This document shows positions 1-5,908 of a stretch of DNA of 9,313 nucleotides, one piece after another; the first letter of the stretch is position 1, and each line of letters begins with the position of its first letter. Under the pieces are notes generated by a model. The model was given only the letters and a program-made list of their open reading frames with translations, was not told the DNA's origin and made no database searches. The position numbers and the translations under genes were made by a program. Origin of the DNA: a virus. Lineage: Duplodnaviria; Heunggongvirae; Uroviricota; Caudoviricetes. The stretch is from the IMG/VR virus record IMGVR_UViG_2526164634_000020, positions 1 through 9,313 of that record; one strand, 5' to 3'.

Positions 1-1514
1 AACGATATTATTCCGGCCGACCACTGCCTGCATGATGTGCAGGATATGAGTACGCTGAATCATCCGAAGGCAGACCTGAGCAAAGGGCAGTACGGCTGTG
101 TCGGCCAGGGCTTACATATTGCCAAAAAACTGCTCCCGTATATCCCGAATAACGCGGGGATCCTGCTGGTACCATGCTGTCGTGGTGGTTCGGCATTCAC
201 CCAGGGCGCGGAGGGGGACATTCAGTGCGGACACGGGGGCCAGCCAGGATTCGGCACGCTGGGGGGTGGGTAAACCGTTATATCAGGACCTGATTGCGCG
301 CACTAAAGCTGCATTACAGAAGAACCCGAAAAATGTGTTGCTGGCGGTGTGCTGGATGCAGGGAGAGTTTGACATGAGCGCCGCCACCTACGCACAGCAA
401 CCTGCGCTGTTTACAGCCATGCTGAAGCAGTTTCGTGCTGACCTCACTGTGTTTAACGCGCAGTGTCATGGTGGCAGTGCTGTAAATGTGCCGTGGATTT
501 GTGGTGACACGACGTATTACTGGAAAAATACATACGCTACCCAGTACGACACCGTGTACGGCGGGTATAAAAACAGGGAGAGTGAGGGCGTTTATTTTGT
601 GCCCTTCATGACAGACGGTAACGGCGTCAATACCGCCACTAACGCACCGGCAGAAGATCCGGATATTCCGGCATCAGGATATTACGGTGCGGCATCGAGA
701 ACGAATGGAAACCAGGTATCATCAAACCGCCCGACACATTTCAGTTCATGGGCGCGCAGGAGCATTATTCCGGATCGTATGGCAACCGCTATTCTGAACG
801 CAGCCGGGCGCACCTCAGCTTTCATCAGTGGTAAGGCACCGGAAATCAAACCCTCGCCCGGCGTCGACACGCCATCGGGGCCGTCTGAAGATGCATCCGT
901 ACGCACAATCTCCCTGTTGCCGACAGCCGGAGAGGCTGCTGCGCAGGGCTGGACCATTAAGGACGGCGGAATTCAGTTGTCGGGTGGTGTATTTAAGATC
1001 GCCAAGCAGAGCAATAAAACCTGGTCCCTGATGCATCCGGTGGATGACGCAGTCTCCCTGCTGACACGGGGTGGCAGACTGAGCTGTAAGTTTCGACTGT
1101 CAGGCGCACTGACCAACAACCAGTTCGGCCTGGGAATTTATCTGTATACCGATGTAGCGTTACCTGACGTCGTGGCGATGACCGGGACTGGTAACCCGTT
1201 CCTGATGTCGTTCTTCACCCCAGACCACAGACGGCAAACTGAATCTGATGCATCACAAGAAAGCAGGAAACACAAAGTTGGGCGAGTTCGGGAATTACAG
1301 TAATGACTGGCAGACGCTGGAACTGGTGTTCACCGCCGGCAGTGCCACGGTTACTCCGAAACTGAATGGAGTGGCTGGCCCGGCATTCCAGGTCATAAAA
1401 GACAGTCTGACACTGGGGCTGAATGCGCTGACGCTGACGGATATTACCAAAAATGCAGCGTATGGCGTTGAGATAGAAAGTCTGGTGCTGGAGATAAATG
1501 CACCGGCAGCATAA
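1..1514 (+). pseudogene. nanS: Prophage sialate O-acetylesterase, NanS-p-like (SASA/DUF303 family), 5'-partial at window edge, two apparent +1 frameshifts
   Basis: Frame 1 from the window edge reads ...HCLHDVQDM...GQGLHIAKKLLPYIPNNAGILLVPCCRGGSAFTQGAEG; frame 2 continues ...TGASQDSARWGVGKPLYQDLIARTKAALQKNPKNVLLAVCWMQGEFD...PWICGDTTYYWK...TNAPAEDPDIPASGYYG...; I recognise these motifs from E. coli NanS and prophage NanS-p esterases. Frame switches at the G5 run 213-217 and again at the C4 run 1218-1221; the C-terminal part runs in frame 3 to the stop at 1512-1514. ORF-track entries 37..273, 98..1303 and 1248..1514 are pieces of this one gene. Confidence 0.6.
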
Positions 1515-1521
1515 TAAAAAA

Positions 1522-1551
1522 AGCCAGCGCCCACTCTGAAGGACGCTGGCT
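1522..1551 (-). terminator. Hairpin with flanking A/T run, candidate intrinsic terminator (better formed for minus-strand transcription)
   Basis: GCCAGCG (1523-1529) pairs with CGCTGGC (1544-1550), loop about 14 nt; A7 at 1515-1521 becomes a U-run after the stem only on the minus strand; plus-strand side is followed by TAAAAC. Confidence 0.3.
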
Positions 1552-1725
1552 AAAACGGGTAGATGTACTTCACATGATACTTATACTTGGCAGTACATTT
1601 TCTGACAGACAGTGACGGATGATGTCAAGATATTGTGTCATTTATAACCTGAATCAGGGGTGGCCGGAATGTTATCTGGCATTTTTAGCAGAGCCTGAAT
1701 GCCATAATCACGGCTCCCGGCGTTG

Positions 1726-1765
1726 GCCGTCAGTGGGTGACACTGGCGGCTTTTTTGTTTTTCTT
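1726..1765 (+). terminator. Strong rho-independent terminator upstream of the holin gene (tR-prime-like)
   Basis: 10-bp stem GCCGTCAGTG / CACTGGCGGC (one G-U pair), 5-nt loop GGTGA, then TTTTTTGTTTTT; sits 40 bp upstream of S. Confidence 0.55.
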
Positions 1766-1806
1766 TACTTTCATTTTCTGTCGGCGGTGACGGAGACATA
1801 CATCAG

Positions 1807-2013
1807 ATGGAAAAAATCACAACAGGTGTGTCATACACCACGTCAGCGGTGGGGACGGGATACTGGTTACTGCAGCTGCTGGACAAAGTCTCTCCGTCCC
1901 AGTGGGTGGCAATAGGTGTGCTGGGGAGTCTGCTGTTTGGCCTGCTGACGTATCTGACAAACCTTTATTTCAAGATTAAAGAAGATAAGCGTAAGGCTGC
2001 GAGAGGTGAATAA
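1807..2013 (+). CDS. S: Class II holin, phage-21 S-type pinholin (68 aa)
   Basis: [68 protein letters not shown]; two TMDs plus charged C-tail; near-colinear with my recollection of phage 21 S21; stop overlaps the R start (TAATG). Confidence 0.8.
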   Translation: MEKITTGVSYTTSAVGTGYWLLQLLDKVSPSQWVAIGVLGSLLFGLLTYLTNLYFKIKEDKRKAARGE

Positions 2014-2510
2014 TGTCGCCGTCATTACGCAAGGCTGTTGCTGCTGCTATTGGTGGTGGGGCTGTTGCCATAGCGTCTGTGCTCATCACTGGTCCGAGTG
2101 GTGACGATGGCCTGGAAGGTGTCAGCTACATACCATACGAAGATATCGTTGGCGTATGGACTGTATGTCACGGACACACCGGAAAAGACATCATGCCCGG
2201 TAAAACGTATACCGAAGCAGAATGCAAAGCCCTCCTGAATAAAGACCTTGCCACGGTCGCCAGACAAATAAACCCGTACATCAACGTCGATATACCGGAA
2301 ACAACGCGCGGCGCTCTTTACTCGTTCGTTTACAACGTGGGCGCTGGCAATTTCAGAACATCGACGCTTCTTCGCAAAATAAACCAGGGCGATATCAAAG
2401 GCGCATGTGATCAGCTACGGCGCTGGACATACGCTGGCGGTAAGCAATGGAAAGGGCTGATGACTCGCCGTGAGATTGAGCGTGAAGTCTGTTTGTGGGG
2501 GCAACAATGA
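2013..2510 (+). CDS. R: SAR endolysin, phage-21 R-type lysozyme (165 aa)
   Basis: N-terminal Gly/Ala-rich signal-anchor-release segment [30 protein letters not shown] followed by lysozyme core [21 protein letters not shown]...; immediately follows the pinholin, typical pinholin/SAR-endolysin pairing. Confidence 0.9.
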   Translation: MSPSLRKAVAAAIGGGAVAIASVLITGPSGDDGLEGVSYIPYEDIVGVWTVCHGHTGKDIMPGKTYTEAECKALLNKDLATVARQINPYINVDIPETTRGALYSFVYNVGAGNFRTSTLLRKINQGDIKGACDQLRRWTYAGGKQWKGLMTRREIEREVCLWGQQ

Positions 2511-2944
2511 GCAGAGTAACCGCGATTATCTACGTTCTGGTCATCTGCCTCATCGTCTGCCTTTCATGGGCTGTTAATCATTACCGTGATAACGCCATCG
2601 CCTACAAAGAGCAGCGCGATAAAGCCACATCCATCATCGCTGATATGCAGAAGCGGCAACGTGATGTAGCAGAACTTGACGCCAGATACACAAAGGAGCT
2701 TGCTGATGCTAATGCGACTATCGAAAGTCTCCGTGCTGATGTTTCTGCTGGGCGTAAGCGCCTGCAAGTCGCCGCCACCTGTGCAAAGTCAACGACCGGA
2801 GCCAGCGGCATGGGCAATGGAGAAACCCCAGGACTTACAGCAGATGCTGAACTCAATTATTACCGTCTCCGAAGTGGAATCGACAGGATAACCGCGCAGG
2901 TTAACTACTTGCAGGAGTACATTAGGACGCAATGCCTTCGATGA
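2507..2944 (+). CDS. Rz: Rz i-spanin (inner-membrane spanin subunit)
   Basis: ATGA start/stop overlap with R; [34 protein letters not shown]... N-terminal TMD plus coiled-coil periplasmic region, closely lambda-Rz-like. The ORF-track start at 2495 is GTG; ATG 2507 is the more likely start. Confidence 0.85.
   Translation: MSRVTAIIYVLVICLIVCLSWAVNHYRDNAIAYKEQRDKATSIIADMQKRQRDVAELDARYTKELADANATIESLRADVSAGRKRLQVAATCAKSTTGASGMGNGETPGLTADAELNYYRLRSGIDRITAQVNYLQEYIRTQCLR
2706..2891 (+). CDS. Rz1: Rz1 o-spanin lipoprotein, embedded in the +1 frame of Rz
   Basis: AAGGAG at 2693-2698 about 7 nt before ATG 2706; [20 protein letters not shown] with lipobox VSAC, then proline-rich [13 protein letters not shown] as in lambda Rz1; lies entirely inside Rz. 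Confidence 0.75.
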   Translation: MLMRLSKVSVLMFLLGVSACKSPPPVQSQRPEPAAWAMEKPQDLQQMLNSIITVSEVESTG

Positions 2945-3016
2945 TAGCGATAATTTTCCCATTATCTTTCATATGCGTGATTTTAGTTAGTTTTAGTCGC
3001 AACACGAATAAAACAG

Positions 3017-3043
3017 AGAACCACCCGCTATACGAGTGGTTCT
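3017..3043. terminator. Bidirectional intrinsic terminator between convergent Rz and the minus-strand small ORF
   Basis: 8-bp stem AGAACCAC / GTGGTTCT with 11-nt loop; T-rich on both sides (plus: GATTTACACTTTTG; minus: CTGTTTTATTCG). Confidence 0.4.
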
Positions 3044-3060
3044 GATTTACACTTTTGAAA

Positions 3061-3291
3061 CTAAAAGCTAAATACTTGAGCAAGAACAGCTAGCGCTGCG
3101 CAAAAAGCAGCCCGTTTATTCCATTTACTTTGTATTTCAATGGCTTTAAAACAACCCAGTGATGAGAAACTGCCTTGTTCCGTTTTTGGTGGGTGTTCTT
3201 TGGAAGATGCAAAACATGAAATAATCCAAAAAATGGCGGAAAAAATTCCAAAAATTATTGAAGGCAAATGATGCTCTTTCAAAAACTCCAT
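3061..3291 (-). CDS. Hypothetical small membrane or lipoprotein-like protein (76 aa), AT-rich accessory gene
   Basis: MEFLKEHHLPSIIFGIFSAIFWIISCFASS...; hydrophobic N-terminal segment ending in a lipobox-like IISC; convergent with Rz and followed on its own strand by the 3017-3043 terminator. No family recognised. Several T homopolymers make the frame fragile. Confidence 0.35.
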   Translation of the reverse strand: MEFLKEHHLPSIIFGIFSAIFWIISCFASSKEHPPKTEQGSFSSLGCFKAIEIQSKWNKRAAFCAALAVLAQVFSF

Positions 3292-3903
3292 GACTTAACT
3301 CTCTTAAAAGTTGCTAAACATCGCTCGCAAACAAGAAAGAAAAGTTCTGTTGCGGGCACTCCACAATTTAAACGCCACACAAGCAGCTATTAGGTGGACG
3401 GTTCCAAGATTGCTATCAACTGCCACCCGAATACCGTCAAAACTTGACGTCCAACCAAGAATTATTGAGTTGTAAACTCAACGCAATGATCTGGTTGGTA
3501 TAAATGTGACATATGTCATGAATCGACTAGTTGAGATAGTCAAGATGGGCTTGCTTGACATCATCACCACAACCGGAGCCAACAATGGCAGATTGCGTTA
3601 CCCAGATTTGATAAAGGCATTTTAGCCTGACATAACTATGCACTGTATCGTCGCCGTATTCCCGCATCAACAGAGACCACAGCCCGAGAGGGAGACTCCT
3701 CTGCGCGAGTGTGCGGGGATAATCAAAAACGATACACACCGGGGTTTACCGTGTTAACGGAGCGCGGCGTTGTCCCCTCATGGTCGCTGGTCCGGTGCGA
3801 TGGTGGAAGAAACCGGACGATGTGTTACCTCGCAAGCTCTGTTATGTCATGTGTCTGATTTGTGATTTAAGTCGGATAATTGTCATTGCCATTAAGCAGA
3901 GGA

Positions 3904-3934
3904 TTGATGACCGACAGGGCTGCATTGTTAGAAT
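3904..3934 (+). promoter_or_regulatory. Candidate sigma70 promoter for the TonB_C lipoprotein gene
   Basis: TTGATG (3904-3909), about 19-bp spacer, TAGAAT (3929-3934), roughly 30 nt upstream of ATG 3967; pattern match only. Confidence 0.2.
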
Positions 3935-3966
3935 AAGACTTATTCTTATCTATGCCGGGAATAAAA

Positions 3967-4293
3967 ATGAAAAGAAATCTTCCGTTAATTATTTTGTTGT
4001 CTTCTTTGGTTATGGGCTGTACGCAACATAAAACAGATATGCCTCGACAGTTGGTTAAGGCATTACCACAATATCCGGCCTATGCCGCGGCAAATTATAT
4101 AAAGGGACGGGTTGATGTGAAGTTTGATATTGGTGCTGATGGTACTGTCACCCGAATTGAGTTTATCCGTTCAGAGCCGCACCATCTGTTTGATGAGCAG
4201 GTTGTAAAGGCGATGGCAAAATGGCGATTTGAGAAGGACAAGCCGCGTAAAGGCGTGAAGAAAACATTTATCTTTAGTCCTTCAGCACCCTGA
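3967..4293 (+). CDS. Outer-membrane lipoprotein carrying a stand-alone TonB C-terminal domain (about 108 aa)
   Basis: Signal peptide MKRNLPLIILLSSLVMGC with lipobox and +2 Thr; mature part LPQYPAYAAANYIKGRVDVKFDIGADGTVTRIEFIRSEPHHLFDEQVVKAMAKWRFEKDKP aligns motif for motif with the E. coli TonB C-terminal domain (QYPA..A....G.V.VKFD...DG.V......S.P...F...V..AM..WR.E..KP). The ORF-track start 3952 lacks an RBS; 3967 is preferred. Confidence 0.7.
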   Translation: MKRNLPLIILLSSLVMGCTQHKTDMPRQLVKALPQYPAYAAANYIKGRVDVKFDIGADGTVTRIEFIRSEPHHLFDEQVVKAMAKWRFEKDKPRKGVKKTFIFSPSAP

Positions 4294-4484
4294 TTATTTT
4301 ATCAGAAGTTAATTATCACTCTGTTGCTATTCAGTACATCCCTGCAGGGTAAAGTCTTGTTTCGCCGGATATGAAGATGAAATATTGTTAGAAGACAGTA
4401 GCTACCGGTTCCTGTAACCGAACGTTCATTTCTCGTTATTTTTCATGCTGGCCGGGCGCAGGTGCTTTGCACTGAGAGATCCCC

Positions 4485-5693
4485 TCATAATTTCCCCAAA
4501 GCGTAACCATGTGTGAATAAATTTTGAGCTAGTAGGGTTGCAGCCACGAGTAAGTCTTCCCTTGTTATTGTGTAGCCAGAATGCCGCAAAACTTCCATGC
4601 CTAAGCGAACTGTTGAGAGTACGTTTCGATTTCTGACTGTGTTAGCCTGGAAGTGCTTGTCCCAACCTTGTTTCTGAGCATGAACGCCCGCAAGCCAACA
4701 TGTTAGTTGAAGCATCAGGGCGATTAGCAGCATGATATCAAAACGCTCTGAGCTGCTCGTTCGGCTATGGCGTAGGCCTAGTCCGTAGGCAGGACTTTTC
4801 AAGTCTCGGAAGGTTTCTTCAATCTGCATTCGCTTCGAATAGATATTAACAAGTTGTTTGGGTGTTCGAATTTCAACAGGTAAGTTAGTTGCTAGAACCC
4901 ATGGCTCCTTTGCCGACGCTGAGTAGATTTTAGGTGACGGGTGGTGACAATGAGTCCGTGTCGAGCGCTGATTTTTTCGGCCTTTAGAGCGAGATTTATA
5001 CAATAGAATTTGGCATGAGATTGGATTGCTTTTAGTCAGCCTCTTATAGCCTAAAGTCTTTGAGTGACTAGATGACATATCATGTAAGTTGCTGATAGGT
5101 TTCCAGTTTTCCGCTCCTAGGTCTGCATATTGTACTTTTCCTCTTACTCGACTTAACCAGTACCAACCCAGCTTCTCAACGGATTTATACCATGGCACTT
5201 TAAAGCCAGCATCACTGACAATGAGCGGTGTGGTGTTACTCGGTAGAATGCTCGCAAGGTCGGCTAGAAATTGGTCATGAGCTTTCTTTGAACATTGCTC
5301 TGAAAGCGGGAACGCTTTCTCATAAAGAGTAACAGAACGACCGTGTAGTGCGACTGAAGCTCGCAATACCATAAGTCGTTTTTGCTCACGAATATCAGAC
5401 CAGTCAACAAGTACAATGGGCATCGTATTGCCCGAACAGATAAAGCTAGCATGCCAACGGTATACAGCGAGTCGCTCTTTGTGGAGGTGACGATTACCTA
5501 ACAATCGGTCGATTCGTTTGATGTTATGTTTTGTTCTCGCTTTGGTTGGCAGGTTACGGCCAAGTTCGGTAAGAGTGAGAGTTTTACAGTCAAGTAATGC
5601 GTGGCAAGCCAACGTTAAGCTGTTGAGTCGTTTTAAGTGTAATTCGGGGCAGAATTGGTAAAGAGAGTCGTGTAAAATATCGAGTTCGCACAT
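4485..5693 (-). CDS. tnp: IS10 transposase (402 aa), apparently intact
   Basis: MCELDILHDSLYQFCPELHLKRLNSLTLACHALLDCKTLTLTELGRNLPTKARTKHNIKRIDRLLGNRHL... matches the Tn10/IS10 transposase over its full length. Confidence 0.95.
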   Translation of the reverse strand: MCELDILHDSLYQFCPELHLKRLNSLTLACHALLDCKTLTLTELGRNLPTKARTKHNIKRIDRLLGNRHLHKERLAVYRWHASFICSGNTMPIVLVDWSDIREQKRLMVLRASVALHGRSVTLYEKAFPLSEQCSKKAHDQFLADLASILPSNTTPLIVSDAGFKVPWYKSVEKLGWYWLSRVRGKVQYADLGAENWKPISNLHDMSSSHSKTLGYKRLTKSNPISCQILLYKSRSKGRKNQRSTRTHCHHPSPKIYSASAKEPWVLATNLPVEIRTPKQLVNIYSKRMQIEETFRDLKSPAYGLGLRHSRTSSSERFDIMLLIALMLQLTCWLAGVHAQKQGWDKHFQANTVRNRNVLSTVRLGMEVLRHSGYTITREDLLVAATLLAQNLFTHGYALGKL

Positions 5694-5754
5694 CTTGTTG
5701 TCTGATTATTGATTTTTCGCGAAACCATTTGATCATATGACAAGATGTGTATCC
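5686..5754 (+). ncRNA. IS10 RNA-OUT antisense RNA (region retained in the truncated IS10)
   Basis: Position inferred from remembered IS10 coordinates (pOUT near nt 115 directed toward the outside end); the region contains the long imperfect inverted repeat ACATCTTGTTGTC...GACAAGATGT that forms the RNA-OUT stem. Boundaries approximate. Confidence 0.35.
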
Positions 5755-5844
5755 ACCTTAACGTAAGCGTACAGCCTGAACCGTCTGGTCAGAATCTGAC
5801 GAATTAGACAAAGTGGTGTCCACCAAATAAGTAGTGGGAACCAA

Positions 5845-5873
5845 TGAGGTAGCCTGAGTTTAACGGACACTCC
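5845..5873 (+). repeat. Left terminal inverted repeat of the IS3-family element
   Basis: See element entry; hand alignment, imperfect. Confidence 0.4.
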
Positions 5874-5908
5874 TTCCTGAAATAGAATGGCATCAGAAGG
5901 AGCTAATA

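Larger units (their letters stand above)
4472..5762 (-). mobile_element. IS10 (IS4 family), inside end intact, outside end truncated (about nt 39-1329 of the 1329-bp element)
   Basis: Inside end CTGAGAGATCCCCTCATAATTTCCCC begins at 4472; sequence matches IS10 through ...GATGTGTATCCACCTTAAC (to about 5762), then diverges; the outside-end terminal repeat (CTGATGAATCCCCTAATGATTTT) is absent. The flank TGCTTTGCA (4463-4471) resembles the IS10 target consensus NGCTNAGCN. Confidence 0.9.

Noticed and set aside
8-196. 62-aa minus-strand ORF at the window start
   Set aside because: Lies antisense within the nanS-p-like esterase coding region, which has clear family motifs on the plus strand; no independent support.
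682-1036. Three overlapping ORFs (682..957 -, 815..1036 -, 828..1031 +) inside the esterase gene
   Set aside because: Alternative-frame or antisense ORFs within a recognisable coding region; Arg/Pro-rich low-complexity translations typical of out-of-frame reading of GC-richer DNA.
1295-1534. 79-aa minus-strand ORF overlapping the esterase 3' end
   Set aside because: Antisense to the protein-like C-terminal part of the esterase; no RBS or motif support.
1619-1915. 98-aa plus-strand ORF spanning the intergenic terminator and the start of the holin gene
   Set aside because: Runs straight through the strong terminator hairpin/T-tract and overlaps the holin out of frame; translation is Trp/Cys/Arg-rich and not protein-like.
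2025-2267. 80-aa minus-strand ORF
   Set aside because: Antisense within the SAR endolysin gene, which is confidently assigned.
2564-2856. Two minus-strand ORFs (2564..2767, 2602..2856) inside Rz
   Set aside because: Antisense to Rz/Rz1; the only genuine embedded gene here is plus-strand Rz1 (+1 frame), which has an RBS and lipobox. ORF-track entry 2676..2891 is Rz1 with an unsupported upstream start; ATG 2706 is preferred.
3507-3518. Perfect 12-bp palindrome TGACATATGTCA next to a TGgTATAAA extended -10-like motif, plus nearby nested 7-bp inverted repeats (3451-3498)
   Set aside because: By my estimate about two perfect 12-bp palindromes are expected by chance in 9.3 kb (about 9300/4^6), and short inverted repeats are common in AT-rich DNA; no adjacent regulator gene. 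Not distinguishable from chance without expression data.
3527-3739. 70-aa minus-strand ORF in the intergenic GC-rich block
   Set aside because: No RBS, no recognisable domain, Cys/Trp-rich translation; likely chance ORF.
3780-4031. 83-aa plus-strand ORF overlapping the start of the lipoprotein gene
   Set aside because: Different frame from, and overlapping, the well-supported TonB_C lipoprotein gene; translation not protein-like.
5089-5452. ORFs 5089..5280 (+) and 5264..5452 (-) inside IS10
   Set aside because: Within or antisense to the intact IS10 transposase gene; IS10 encodes only the transposase.
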